Shown: piece after piece, positions 41,803 through 52,183 of the stretch | Numbering within the stretch: the stretch's first letter is position 1 | Layout of the letters: each line of letters begins with the position of its first letter | Source of the DNA: Sedimentisphaeraceae bacterium JB056 | Lineage (GTDB): Bacteria; Planctomycetota; Phycisphaerae; Sedimentisphaerales; Sedimentisphaeraceae | Reading direction: 5' to 3' | Assembly: GCA_044440125.1 (NCBI GenBank) | Contig: JBITAJ010000008.1 | Location: 79,956 to 143,955, forward strand | DNA length: 64,000 bases | Made by a program: the position numbers and the translations under genes | Notes under the pieces: model-generated | The model's database searches: none | What the model was told of the DNA's origin: nothing | Seen by the model: only the letters and a program-made list of their open reading frames with translations

Positions 41803-44181
41803 TCATACACACAAGTTCGGCATATCGAAAGTCGCAACTAAAGGGCGATGATCAGAGGCAATTCTTGCCCAATCAGTATCTGCTATCCGGCAATCAGTGA
41901 GTTCAATCGGCCCATCATAAAAAATGTGATCGATCTTAACCAAAGGATATCTTCCGCAATAGCTCCCTAAAGGTCCGGCTGTAGGGATAGCAGCTTTCAT
42001 AGATCCACTGATCTTACGGTAAAGATTAGACCATTGAGTAAAATTTAGATCGCCACAAAAAATCACTGGTCCATTTAGCGACTTTGCCCGCAACCACTTT
42101 GAACTCAGAAGGTCTCTGATTTGCTCTTTTTTTTCTTGAGATCTTAGTCCTAAATGAGTGTTAAAGAATTGCAGCTTTTGACCATTGATTTCAACCTCGG
42201 TCCACAATGCACCTCTCGGCTCCATTTTTTTACTTCTTTTTGTTGGAGGCAGTATATCAGTCTTTACCAGATTCATAGGAAAACGGCTCAGTATTGCATC
42301 ACCATACTTCTCATCTTCTAACATCACAGCAGGATGAAAAAAATGGTCCATTTCTAATATCTCAGCAATTATCTTTGCTTGATCTTCATGGCCGGAACGT
42401 TCACGGAAAACGTCCAACTCCTGCAAAGCAACAATATCCGGTGCATACTGTTCGATTACTTTTGCTATTCGCAAAGGTGAAAGCTTCCCGTCGGTTCCTA
42501 CGCAACTATGAACATTGTACGTCATAACCCGAAACTGCTTTCGGGTACTTAAGAGCTTCTCTGGTTCACATATGTCATTGATGTAAGATGAGCGTCCAAG
42601 CAATGTTATTGCCGCATTCCTTATATCGCCCACCCTTATATGATCTTTTGAGTCATCAATAGGAAACTGTTTTGGAGCAAGAAAAAAAGCAGTGTATTCC
42701 TGCTCGCTAATACCACCATGAGACCCATTTTCCATCGCAAATGTATAATAAGGCCTGTCCTTACCCTGATAACCTGATATTATGAAATCACCTGAATTAA
42801 CATCGTTGCAGCATTTCATGAAATCAGAAACAATTTCATTCGGAACAAAATCGTTATCAAAAAACCCTGTTTGTTTAGAAAGCCAATACTCCTGATCATT
42901 AGTAAGCACCTTTACATCACCTGAACTATCCGGAATAAATATTAGCGGTATCTTGGAAGTCGCGAGCAATTTCCTGGCGGCATCCAACTTATTTTTTCGG
43001 TTGTCTTTATCCAGATAAACCTGCGCAAAAGGACCAAGCTCAGTCACGTTTATATGTCCGCTCTCTTTCATGTGCAGGCTTTTTCGATTTTGAAAAAGCC
43101 CATGAATATGCCATCCAAGCCTCTCAAGAAATCCAGGCGAGTAATCTGTTTTTGAATCTTTACCGGCAGAATGTTTTTGTAGTAATGTTTTATTTACCGT
43201 CTCATTTAATGATTCACCATATTTTCGGCGATAAGGCACGGTATCAACTTGGCCATGGTCTGAATACACCCATAACTCATAATCCTTTAATGAACGCCTC
43301 GAATGCTTCCATAATCTTTCAATCGCGTTATCAATACCTTTTAAAGTCCAATGAGCAAAACGTGAAGTAGCGCCGCGACGATGTGACTGTTCATGGTATC
43401 CCATTAAATTTGCTTGTATAATGGGCAGTCCTCTCGCTATATCCATCGTTGCACCTATTACAATTATCTCGCGAAGAAGAATACACATACCAACTCTTGA
43501 AGGCACGAATTTGAGTTCTTTCCAAAGATTGTTTCCATCAATCAAACCACGAAAAAGGTCAATAAAAGCAATTACTGTTTCAACGAAAAGCAATGCTAAA
43601 GCTCTTATGAGACTGAAGACATGAAGAAGCACCCCGACAGCAAAACTAAAAGTTCTCCATCTTCTAAAAACTTTCGCAAACCCAATATCGGCAATACAGA
43701 AATGGGCCTCCATAGCCCCTCCCGTATAAATATTAGAATAACAACTTCCATCTCTAAAAAGCCCCTGCCCCCTTTCTTTCAATCGTGACTCTATCACCTC
43801 AGCATCATCAGGATTAAACATAGCAAAGGTTCGTTTCGACTTAGAATCATGAAAAGAGAAAGAAGGAACACAGCCTCTAACGCCATAAAACAACTCACCT
43901 TGAACCGCAGGCGTAGAGCATGGCATACCAGAATAACATGTACGAATTTTATAATTTTGTTTAGTGATAAGGTTTTTCAAGAAAGGCATACGGCCCGATT
44001 CGATTGCTTTTTCAAGCTGCTGTTTTGAAAGTGCATCTATTTGGACAAGTATAATACCTGGCTTCTTTTGCCGATCCGAAGCATATGGCAGCTTCATTAG
44101 TCGTACAAGCCATTTGCTTCGATTAAAATAATTCCTGAATTTTCTCAAAAACACTTCTGGTTTATGCAGCATAAATTTCAT
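41803..44181 (-). CDS. Alkaline-phosphatase-superfamily domain fused to endonuclease/exonuclease/phosphatase (EEP) domain
   Basis: N-terminal QIDALS, STPAVQ, EQSH, YSDHG, GSHGG; C-terminal TYNVH, LQE, NTHL, GDLN, IDHIF, SDH. Confidence 0.85.
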   Translation of the reverse strand: MKFMLHKPEVFLRKFRNYFNRSKWLVRLMKLPYASDRQKKPGIILVQIDALSKQQLEKAIESGRMPFLKNLITKQNYKIRTCYSGMPCSTPAVQGELFYGVRGCVPSFSFHDSKSKRTFAMFNPDDAEVIESRLKERGQGLFRDGSCYSNIYTGGAMEAHFCIADIGFAKVFRRWRTFSFAVGVLLHVFSLIRALALLFVETVIAFIDLFRGLIDGNNLWKELKFVPSRVGMCILLREIIVIGATMDIARGLPIIQANLMGYHEQSHRRGATSRFAHWTLKGIDNAIERLWKHSRRSLKDYELWVYSDHGQVDTVPYRRKYGESLNETVNKTLLQKHSAGKDSKTDYSPGFLERLGWHIHGLFQNRKSLHMKESGHINVTELGPFAQVYLDKDNRKNKLDAARKLLATSKIPLIFIPDSSGDVKVLTNDQEYWLSKQTGFFDNDFVPNEIVSDFMKCCNDVNSGDFIISGYQGKDRPYYTFAMENGSHGGISEQEYTAFFLAPKQFPIDDSKDHIRVGDIRNAAITLLGRSSYINDICEPEKLLSTRKQFRVMTYNVHSCVGTDGKLSPLRIAKVIEQYAPDIVALQELDVFRERSGHEDQAKIIAEILEMDHFFHPAVMLEDEKYGDAILSRFPMNLVKTDILPPTKRSKKMEPRGALWTEVEINGQKLQFFNTHLGLRSQEKKEQIRDLLSSKWLRAKSLNGPVIFCGDLNFTQWSNLYRKISGSMKAAIPTAGPLGSYCGRYPLVKIDHIFYDGPIELTDCRIADTDWARIASDHRPLVATFDMPNLCV

Positions 44182-45464
44182 TCCGGTTCTGTTTTATCAT
44201 TGCTTATTAACGTTCCTGCAGCATTGGCATAATTACAGAAAATTTCCCATTCAGCTTTAACCATACTCATGACACCATGAAATACTGACTCATCAGATCT
44301 GCCGGCCCCTGGGTCATGAATTGCTATGAGTTCTTCATAAGATTTCAAAACATCAGAAGCACATTTATCCATAGAAAAATGCCGTGCGGTTTCAACCGCA
44401 TTCTCTTTAATCCGCGTCCAATCCAACCGATCCATATGCATACATTTATCAATTTTATCTGCAAACTCCTCAACGTCCTCCTTATCAAGCATATAACCGT
44501 TGCAACCATCTTTTAAGATGTCAGTTACCCCAGTTGCTTTTATTGCTATTACAGGCAAAGATGAGGCCATTGCTTCTGCGAGAACCATCCCTTGAGTCTC
44601 TGTCTTAGAAGCAAAAACAAACAAATCCATGGCTTGATACGCTTCAATGAGCTCCTGCCCCTTCAAAACACCTGTAAAAAGAACTTGAGAGCTCAAATTC
44701 TGGTTCAAGAAGAAATTCTTCATACTCTCAGCCAAAGGTCCGTCCCCCACAATCATGAAGCGGGAATCTCTATTTTTCTTCAAAAACAGAGAGACGGATT
44801 TTGTTAAATAATCAAGATTCTTTTCTGAGGCCAAACGACCAACGTGTCCGACAACAAAACATTCTTTGTCTAAATCGAATTTCTCACGTACTTGATTCAG
44901 TTCGGATTTCAAGAAAAATTTATTGTCAATTCCTGTGGGAATGACCTTTATAGGCACTTCAACTCCTCTGCGAATCAATATATCCTTAACAGCCAAACTC
45001 GGTGCAATAACAAGATTGCATAAATTAGAATAGCCGGTGGTCAATTTCTTCACAAACTCTCTGACACGATCAGAATCAGAACTGATATAATGTATATATT
45101 TTTCGTACATTGTATGATACGTGAACACCAAAGGTATATCAAAGCTTGCCGCCACTCTCATTGCAGTACTTCCAATTATGAATGGAAAATGTGAATGCAC
45201 GATTTCAGGTTGAAACTCCTCAAGTTTTGCCGTAATAGCCCCAGGTAAAGGTATCGAAACAGGAAAATTTGTGTCATTAAAATTTTTTATTGCAGAAACC
45301 CTATAAACACCTTCGTCATCCTCTTGCGAATCATCATCCGATCGAGGAGCTATAATGAGTACATCGTGTCCCTTCTGTTCAAATTTTTCAGTAAAAGCAT
45401 CTATTGATCTTTGAACGCCGCCGGTATAAGGCCTATAGGTGTTAGTCATTAATAAAATTTTCAT
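44178..45464 (-). CDS. GT4 glycosyltransferase (diacylglycerol glucosyltransferase-like)
   Basis: TNTY.P..GGV, HSH.PF, TYHT.YE.Y.HY, IPTGID, GRLA.EKN, ETQGMVL.EAMA. Confidence 0.88.
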   Translation of the reverse strand: MKILLMTNTYRPYTGGVQRSIDAFTEKFEQKGHDVLIIAPRSDDDSQEDDEGVYRVSAIKNFNDTNFPVSIPLPGAITAKLEEFQPEIVHSHFPFIIGSTAMRVAASFDIPLVFTYHTMYEKYIHYISSDSDRVREFVKKLTTGYSNLCNLVIAPSLAVKDILIRRGVEVPIKVIPTGIDNKFFLKSELNQVREKFDLDKECFVVGHVGRLASEKNLDYLTKSVSLFLKKNRDSRFMIVGDGPLAESMKNFFLNQNLSSQVLFTGVLKGQELIEAYQAMDLFVFASKTETQGMVLAEAMASSLPVIAIKATGVTDILKDGCNGYMLDKEDVEEFADKIDKCMHMDRLDWTRIKENAVETARHFSMDKCASDVLKSYEELIAIHDPGAGRSDESVFHGVMSMVKAEWEIFCNYANAAGTLISNDKTEPE

Positions 45465-45471
45465 GAGATAC

Positions 45472-47772
45472 TCATTTGCTCAATGGATTTACAATAACTT
45501 CTTCTGCCTCATTGTCTAAAAACATCTGCTCATAGCCCGGAATTGCGACTTTAATGTCAGGTTTTTGGTCTGACCAATCTCCACTGCACTTAGCCAAAAT
45601 ATTTTTATCGCCGCATTCAAACTCAATATTTACATCGCCCCATAAAGTTGGAGCTGGCCCTATTGATATTATATTTCCAGCCTTAATCCAATCGACAGCT
45701 ATTCCTGCACCAATAACAAGAATGCCATCCTTTTCCTCTTCATACAAAAGACAATTCCTGATATAATTAACCCATTCAGCAGCGGCCCATATGTGCTGAC
45801 CGTCTCCCATGCACCCTCCCTCTGTTCTTGGGTGCACAGCCTCAGGCCACTGACCTGTAGCAGAAGCAAGACGGCATAAATTATCAGCCATTTCTATATG
45901 TCTCATATCACCTGCCCGCAACAAAACCTGTGCAATGTGCAGAGTCAGGTACGGATTAATTCCTGAGTGCGATATGTCAAGGAAAAAACCTTTCTTGAAA
46001 CAACAATCATTGATCAAATAGTTAGCGGTAGCAATCAATTTTTTATCATCTGAATCATAAATCTGAAGAGGATATCCACTGACCAAGGAGCCTACTGCTC
46101 CTGAATCCATTCTGCGATATGGCGAAACAGGAATTGAATCTCTCTTGAGTATTTCTGCAACTTTTTTCAGACTTACATCAATAGAATGTCGAAGCTCTTG
46201 TGATTTTTGAGAATACTTCTTTGCCTGCTCTTCCCTGTTTAGGCAAGAGGAGATTTCTGCAGCGCACTCAAGACCTGAAACTGCCCAGAAGTCATCCCAG
46301 TAATAATTGTCGTTTGGACCAAAATGCTCAGCACTGAACCCCGCAGGAAGCAAACCGGCATGCCTCGATTCTGATTGAGTACTTGTACAATGTTCGCATA
46401 TCCAATCAGCAGCTTTTTCAATCGATCTTATCCAGTCCGGATCAATGTGGTCATTTTTATTTCGCATCATTTTCCAATATCGATAAAGAATCCATATTGC
46501 CTGACCATTAGAGTCCCACTCACCATACTGTGACTGAAAATACCCATTTGATTTCTGTCTGTGATGATAAGAATCCAAAACAGGCTTGGCCAGCTCTCTT
46601 AAGTTACCATATAATAACGAATTCAAAATAAATGAAGCATCTCTGAACCAGAAGCGTTTATATGTAAATGGACCCGGATAAACATCAGCACCAATAGTAT
46701 GCAGCACAACGCTCCTCAAAGCCTGCTCATAAATAAGCTGCTTCTTCTTGTCAGGCAAATTGATTCTACAATAATTACTCATTACCGCCGGCCAGTCAGA
46801 CGCAATATTCTCTTTAGAACGCCCGCTGGATTTACTCTTGTATATACGCAACTTATGAGTATCAAGAGGTATTGAAAGCTTTACATCCGTCGTTTTGCCA
46901 CTGGAGATTGGAAAGACTATTGCTGCAGTTGCCATACCAACATCACAAGTCATTTCGTGAACATTTTCTTCGCTAAAGAGATGATTTGCAACATCACCTT
47001 CTGAATATTTTTTAATTACGTGAAAATATTCAGCAACCGGCTCAAACTCAACTACATCCTTATCATTAACGATCCATCTACTGCAGGTTTTGTCAAGCTC
47101 AATTCTGTGAATAAAACTGATGCCTTCAGGATTGTACGGCCTTAAAGCTATAGCCAACCAACCCTCTGTTTCCGTCTTTGCGCGTAACTGAACTTTACAG
47201 CACGGAATCTCATCATGATATTCAACTTCAATCTTTGACAATAACCTGCCACTGCCAAAATTATTTCGGGTTACAACAAAAAGATTATCCTGATAAAACA
47301 ATCGCTGGCCTATCTTACCATCACTTCTGGCTGCCACATTCAGCTTTTTATCCTCCCCTACCAACCAAAAATCAAGCGACCAGCCGTTCCAATGAGGTGT
47401 TAGGAGACCTGCCTTGTCTACTATAGGCAGATAACCGGAATTCGGCAAGCCAACTGCAGTCCAATTTCGTTCCGTAAGATTAATGTACGTCAAAGAAAAC
47501 GCCCTTGGGATAAAAGAGTTGTCATGAGGGTTAAACTGCCTGTGAACCCAATAAGGCCACACCCAGTCAGAATTCTGCGGAATTGCACTACTGTTTATCA
47601 GGCCTCTTGCATGAAATACAGCACTATCCCGGATCAGTTCTATTGGCCCGGCAACTTCAGAGGGCTGAGAAAAGCGTTGCAGATAAGACCACACGACCAG
47701 AGGGTCAAGAAAACCATGACGACGTGCAGCTCGACTTATTAAAAATTTCCACGGTAACCATTTAAGCCACAT
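45472..47772 (-). CDS. Six-hairpin (alpha/alpha)6 glycosidase-like protein (GH15/GH63-like)
   Basis: GP.TY..FWFRD, GEWDSNGQ, SAEH, YWDDFW, TGQWPEA, GDG.H.WAAAE. Confidence 0.65.
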   Translation of the reverse strand: MWLKWLPWKFLISRAARRHGFLDPLVVWSYLQRFSQPSEVAGPIELIRDSAVFHARGLINSSAIPQNSDWVWPYWVHRQFNPHDNSFIPRAFSLTYINLTERNWTAVGLPNSGYLPIVDKAGLLTPHWNGWSLDFWLVGEDKKLNVAARSDGKIGQRLFYQDNLFVVTRNNFGSGRLLSKIEVEYHDEIPCCKVQLRAKTETEGWLAIALRPYNPEGISFIHRIELDKTCSRWIVNDKDVVEFEPVAEYFHVIKKYSEGDVANHLFSEENVHEMTCDVGMATAAIVFPISSGKTTDVKLSIPLDTHKLRIYKSKSSGRSKENIASDWPAVMSNYCRINLPDKKKQLIYEQALRSVVLHTIGADVYPGPFTYKRFWFRDASFILNSLLYGNLRELAKPVLDSYHHRQKSNGYFQSQYGEWDSNGQAIWILYRYWKMMRNKNDHIDPDWIRSIEKAADWICEHCTSTQSESRHAGLLPAGFSAEHFGPNDNYYWDDFWAVSGLECAAEISSCLNREEQAKKYSQKSQELRHSIDVSLKKVAEILKRDSIPVSPYRRMDSGAVGSLVSGYPLQIYDSDDKKLIATANYLINDCCFKKGFFLDISHSGINPYLTLHIAQVLLRAGDMRHIEMADNLCRLASATGQWPEAVHPRTEGGCMGDGQHIWAAAEWVNYIRNCLLYEEEKDGILVIGAGIAVDWIKAGNIISIGPAPTLWGDVNIEFECGDKNILAKCSGDWSDQKPDIKVAIPGYEQMFLDNEAEEVIVNPLSK

Positions 47773-48039
47773 AATACCTTCTTTTACTTAATTGTTAACA
47801 AATAATAGTTCATGGTACACTAAATGGATTACTTACGAAATAAGGAGTTTTCTTATTTCAAGTAATGATTTTACTTATAAGGCAATATGCAAAAGTACCA
47901 AACATCAGATTCATTACATTTTTTTACTGCAAAGGTATATGAAATCTCGGAATATCGACTTAAATCCAATATTGTATTTTTATATCAAGTATGAAGTTGC
48001 ATTAAATCTTTTTTTATCTTAAAATATGGCAGTAGTCTT

Positions 48040-49299
48040 ATGACAGGTTTAATGAGAATTATGGATTTTTTACTTCAAAACGCAGTACAATTGTGCTTGA
48101 TGCTCGTGCTTTTAATACTTTCTGCAGCCTTTTCAGGTACAGAAACCGCTCTATTTAAGCTGAGCAAGCATCAACGGGATAAAATGCGCAACTCAAACAA
48201 CAATATCGATTCAATAATAGTCAAGCTCCTGTCTGTTCCCGGCAACCTTCTAACAGTTCTGCTTTTCGGCAACCTTCTGATTAATGTGCTTTATTTTGCA
48301 ATATCAGGTGCTATTTCTATTTCATTAAGCAGAAACGGCAATCATTTAGGTGCCACACTGCAAGGCGTAATATCACTGCTTATACTTGTAATGACAGGCG
48401 AGATGCTTCCAAAATCATTTGCTTATTCCCACACTATTTTTTTTGCTCATTTGACTGCAGTTCCTGTTTTTGTACTACTTAAAATTTTTGCACCTTTACT
48501 AAAACTTTTTGATTTACTCATAATTGTGCCTGCAGTAAGAATATTCACGCCAATGATTCCTTCGCAGCAAAAAATCACCACAGACCATCTAAAACTTCTC
48601 GTTAATGAGACATCAAAATTAGATGTAGACCAGGAATCAACAAAGATACTCAATGAAATCATTGAACTGCGTGAGCTCAAAGTAAAAGATATAATGCGGC
48701 ACAGGATGGACATGGTTATCGCACCTGTTGACACTCAAATCACTGATGCAGTTAGAATGATGGCCGAGAACAAGATCAAAAAACTTCCTGTGTATATTGA
48801 AGATAGCGATAAAATAATAGGCATTATCAGCCTAAGAACACTTCTGACGTCCAACCCCACAGATCTCATGGAAGCATTACAACCTGTCACATTTGTGCCT
48901 GAACAAAAAAAGGCCGATTCGCTGCTGGAATTCTTCCGCAAGGAAAAACGTGATATAGCGATAGTTGTTGATGAATATGGTGGAATTTCCGGCTTGATAA
49001 CAATTAAAGACATAATTTACGAGCTTCTTGGGGCAGGCAGATCTGATATTTATGGTATAATAGAACAAACAGGGCCAATGTCATATCGCCTTGGCGGTGA
49101 TTTGCCTGTACACGACTGGCTTGACATAACAGGAATGAACAATGAGCCGACAAAATATACAACTATCGGAGGCTTCGTAACAGCTCTTCTCGACAAAATA
49201 CCGACAAAAGGCGATAAAGCAGTATACCAGAACATCAGCTTTGAAGTTGAAAAAGTATACCGAAACAGAATACAAACACTTATTGTGGAGCTGATATAA
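48040..49299 (+). CDS. CNNM (DUF21)-CBS-CorC/HlyC family protein
   Basis: FSG.ETALF, GE.LPK, CBS pair, VVDEYGG..GL.T..DI, CorC C-terminus. Confidence 0.92.
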   Translation: MTGLMRIMDFLLQNAVQLCLMLVLLILSAAFSGTETALFKLSKHQRDKMRNSNNNIDSIIVKLLSVPGNLLTVLLFGNLLINVLYFAISGAISISLSRNGNHLGATLQGVISLLILVMTGEMLPKSFAYSHTIFFAHLTAVPVFVLLKIFAPLLKLFDLLIIVPAVRIFTPMIPSQQKITTDHLKLLVNETSKLDVDQESTKILNEIIELRELKVKDIMRHRMDMVIAPVDTQITDAVRMMAENKIKKLPVYIEDSDKIIGIISLRTLLTSNPTDLMEALQPVTFVPEQKKADSLLEFFRKEKRDIAIVVDEYGGISGLITIKDIIYELLGAGRSDIYGIIEQTGPMSYRLGGDLPVHDWLDITGMNNEPTKYTTIGGFVTALLDKIPTKGDKAVYQNISFEVEKVYRNRIQTLIVELI

Positions 49300-50276
49300 T
49301 GCTGGCAATAATGGTAATCGGTTTCATTGTTTTTATAGTTCTTTCGGCTCTATGCTCGGGCAGCGAAACGGGTGTATACAAGATCAGTAAAGTAAATCTT
49401 CGAATAAATGCCGAACACGGCGGTAAACTAAGTATAATTCTTAGAAATATGCTTGAAGATACAAATGGGGTAATTTTCTCAATACTGATTGCAAATAACG
49501 TATTCAACTACTCTGCTACAACAATAGCAACTTATCTATTCGCCACATACTACGAAAACAGTGGAGAATATTACGCTGCGTTAGTCACCACCCCGCTTCT
49601 CTTCGTTTTTGGTGAAGTAATCCCAAAAAACCTTTTCTTCCTTAGAGCCAACACCTTGATGGCCTTTGTTACATTACCATTATGGGTAATTCACAGACTG
49701 CTTTGCGTACTGAAAATAACACCCGTCATGAAGCTGATGGCAAATGTCATGTCAAAGCTTTTTAAGATGCCCACATCAGGTCGATCATACACCAATATAC
49801 GAAGTACAATCAATATAATATCTGACGAAACGCGTCACGAAGGACTTTTAAGTCATGTACAATGGGACATCATGAATAGAATGACAGGTATTTCCAATAC
49901 CACAATTGCGTCTGTAATGGTTCCTGTTGATTACGTTGTGATGGTTTCAGTCACGACAACCAAGGAAGAGCTTAGAGATATATTACGAAAGCATCCTTAT
50001 ACAAGAATACTTGTGTACAAAAATAACAAACAAGACATCATAGGGTACCTCAATCTCTACAAAGCCCTTAACAGCAGCTATGAAGATTTTAATATAACAG
50101 AACTCACCAAGGAACTAAAAGAACTCCCTGCACAGATGCCTGTGATCGATGCTATCAAGGAAATGAATCACAAAAATTTGAGAATGGCTCTCGTATCACA
50201 TAAAAGACAGAAGATAGGTATTATCACGATAAAAGATCTTGCTGAAGAGCTTACCGGCGAACTTAGCGTTTGCTGA
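49299..50276 (+). CDS. CNNM (DUF21)-CBS protein, tandem paralog lacking the CorC domain
   Basis: SG.ETG, LI.NN, FGE.IPK, GI.T.KDL.EEL.GE; overlaps the upstream stop. Confidence 0.88.
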   Translation: MLAIMVIGFIVFIVLSALCSGSETGVYKISKVNLRINAEHGGKLSIILRNMLEDTNGVIFSILIANNVFNYSATTIATYLFATYYENSGEYYAALVTTPLLFVFGEVIPKNLFFLRANTLMAFVTLPLWVIHRLLCVLKITPVMKLMANVMSKLFKMPTSGRSYTNIRSTINIISDETRHEGLLSHVQWDIMNRMTGISNTTIASVMVPVDYVVMVSVTTTKEELRDILRKHPYTRILVYKNNKQDIIGYLNLYKALNSSYEDFNITELTKELKELPAQMPVIDAIKEMNHKNLRMALVSHKRQKIGIITIKDLAEELTGELSVC

Positions 50277-50312
50277 ACTACTCCCCCATTCTTTAATATT
50301 CACAAAAATAAT

Positions 50313-50326
50313 CTGTAATATTACAG
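50313..50326. promoter_or_regulatory. Palindromic operator candidate
   Basis: Perfect 14-bp palindrome CTGTAATATTACAG upstream of the sugar operon. Confidence 0.4.
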
Positions 50327-50484
50327 CAAAGCCACGCCAAGTTACATTTATCCATCAACTTGTTACCTTTCTCTATGGTCGAAATCCATACAAGCTCGTA
50401 TACTTGTTATTGTAGAGTGCAAAATAAAAAAGCAATTCACACTTAACAATAAACTCTCAGTAGAGAATTTCACAGATATAGCTG

Positions 50485-51303
50485 ATGGATAATTACAAAA
50501 TAACAAAACTTAACGGCGGAAGACGAGAGAGCTTCAACAGCATAAGAGAATCTCTGGAAAACAGTAAAAATGGAAACGAAAGGTTCCTTTTTGTCAGTCC
50601 ACACGATGATGATGCAATTCTCGGAGGAGGCCTGACAATGCAGCTTGCCTTAAAAGAAGGCATAGAAGTCTACCTTCTGATAGTAACCGATGGCAGCATG
50701 GGATACTGTAGCGAAGAAGAAAAGAACACTATTACCGATATTCGCCACAAGGAAACTTACGCCTGCTATGAAGCCTTGGGCATACCTCGTGAAAATATCA
50801 TCTGGCTTGGCTATCCGGATTGCCGTATCAATCTTTATCGCGGTCGCCGTGAAGCTTCCCAAAATGACCCGGCAATATTCGAAGGTTTTACTGGTATGCA
50901 AAATTCCTTTACTGCAGCTCTCAGGGAAATAGCCCCATCGCGGTGTTTCGTGCCAACAATAGCAGATCTTCACCCTGATCATAGATTCGTTTATGAAGAA
51001 TTCATGATAAGCATTTTCCATTCAACAGGTACAATTTGGCCCGAACTTGGTAAACCAATGAATGATGTTCCCGATGTATATGAAATGGGTGTATACTGTG
51101 ATTTTCCAAAACCACCTACTATTCAGGTTGCCGCAGCAGAAGAGCAGCTTAACGGCAAGATAAACGCGATTAATAAATTTGAGTCACAAACTCAAATAGC
51201 ATCATTGATCGACATAGTAAGAGAGAATGGTTCTTTCGAATATTTCAGTGAAATAGGCTTTAACTTATACAGCCCGGCAAAATACAGAAAGCTATTCGAA
51301 TGA
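50485..51303 (+). CDS. PIG-L/LmbE family de-N-acetylase
   Basis: SPHDDDA, VTDG, R..E, HPDH, F.SQ. Confidence 0.9.
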   Translation: MDNYKITKLNGGRRESFNSIRESLENSKNGNERFLFVSPHDDDAILGGGLTMQLALKEGIEVYLLIVTDGSMGYCSEEEKNTITDIRHKETYACYEALGIPRENIIWLGYPDCRINLYRGRREASQNDPAIFEGFTGMQNSFTAALREIAPSRCFVPTIADLHPDHRFVYEEFMISIFHSTGTIWPELGKPMNDVPDVYEMGVYCDFPKPPTIQVAAAEEQLNGKINAINKFESQTQIASLIDIVRENGSFEYFSEIGFNLYSPAKYRKLFE

Positions 51304-51378
51304 CAAAGATATTATACATAAGCGATATTCAGTTCAGTAAAGAAACGAACCCGCTCTACGAGATTTAAACTATTAAAA

Positions 51379-52128
51379 ATGGCAAAAATATTATACATAG
51401 GCGACACAGCACTCGACAACGCAGCATGCTATCTTGCGGGAGTAATGACACACTTCGGCATTGATTATGACTATATCGCTAACGGACAGAAATGCGGGTT
51501 AGACGAAGTCAGCAAAGGATATGACGCTTTCGTTATAAGCGATTATCCTGCCGAAGAATTTGAACACGGCACTCTCGAAAAGATAAAAGAGATGGTTGCG
51601 CAAGGAACCGGCCTTTTCATGCCGGGAGGTTGGGATTCTTATGTAGGTCTTTGCGGACACTACAATCGAAGCCCGCTTGCAGAAGTTTTGCCAGTTAAAA
51701 TGAAAGACAGTGACGACAGGGTTAATTCATACAATCCGTGTCTTGTAATAAAAGAAAAGAATCATCCGATAATTGACAAGCTGAACCTTGCGACCGATCT
51801 TCCGGGAATAGGCGGCTACAATGAATTTGAAACCAGACAACACTCGGAGCTTATTTTAAGCTCACAAAGATACAGCGCTTCGGTAAGTGGTGATGAAGCG
51901 ACGTTTGAAAAGCTGGAGAGCCGTCCCCTTCTGGTGGTCGGCTCTTACGGCGAAGGCCGCGTAGCTTCCTTAGCTACAGATCTTGCGCCTCACTGGGTAG
52001 GCGGTCTGGTTGACTGGGGTAAAGACAGAGTATGCGCCCACGCAAAAGGGAGCGTCGAAATCGAAGTCGGAAGTGATTACGCAACACTGATGAGCAATAT
52101 AGTCAAATGGGTTGCTAAAGAATTATAA
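51379..52128 (+). CDS. Class-I glutamine amidotransferase-like protein (DUF1355-like)
   Basis: YD..VISDY, G.GL.M.GGW.SY, L.EVLPV, PLLV.G.YG.GR......D..PHW. Confidence 0.8.
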   Translation: MAKILYIGDTALDNAACYLAGVMTHFGIDYDYIANGQKCGLDEVSKGYDAFVISDYPAEEFEHGTLEKIKEMVAQGTGLFMPGGWDSYVGLCGHYNRSPLAEVLPVKMKDSDDRVNSYNPCLVIKEKNHPIIDKLNLATDLPGIGGYNEFETRQHSELILSSQRYSASVSGDEATFEKLESRPLLVVGSYGEGRVASLATDLAPHWVGGLVDWGKDRVCAHAKGSVEIEVGSDYATLMSNIVKWVAKEL

Positions 52129-52160
52129 CCATTATGGGTTGCTAAAGAATTATAACCATT
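52107..52160 (+). repeat. Perfect 27-bp tandem duplication
   Basis: atgggttgctaaagaattataaccatt present twice, spanning the stop codon. Confidence 0.97.
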
Positions 52161-52183
52161 AGAAGAACTGGAGATAAAAATAT

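Noticed and set aside
47792..48022. 76-aa ORF in an AT-rich gap
   Set aside because: No RBS or motif; it occupies a divergent promoter region
52107..52160. Possible CRISPR repeat pair
   Set aside because: Only two directly abutting copies, with no spacer and no cas genes
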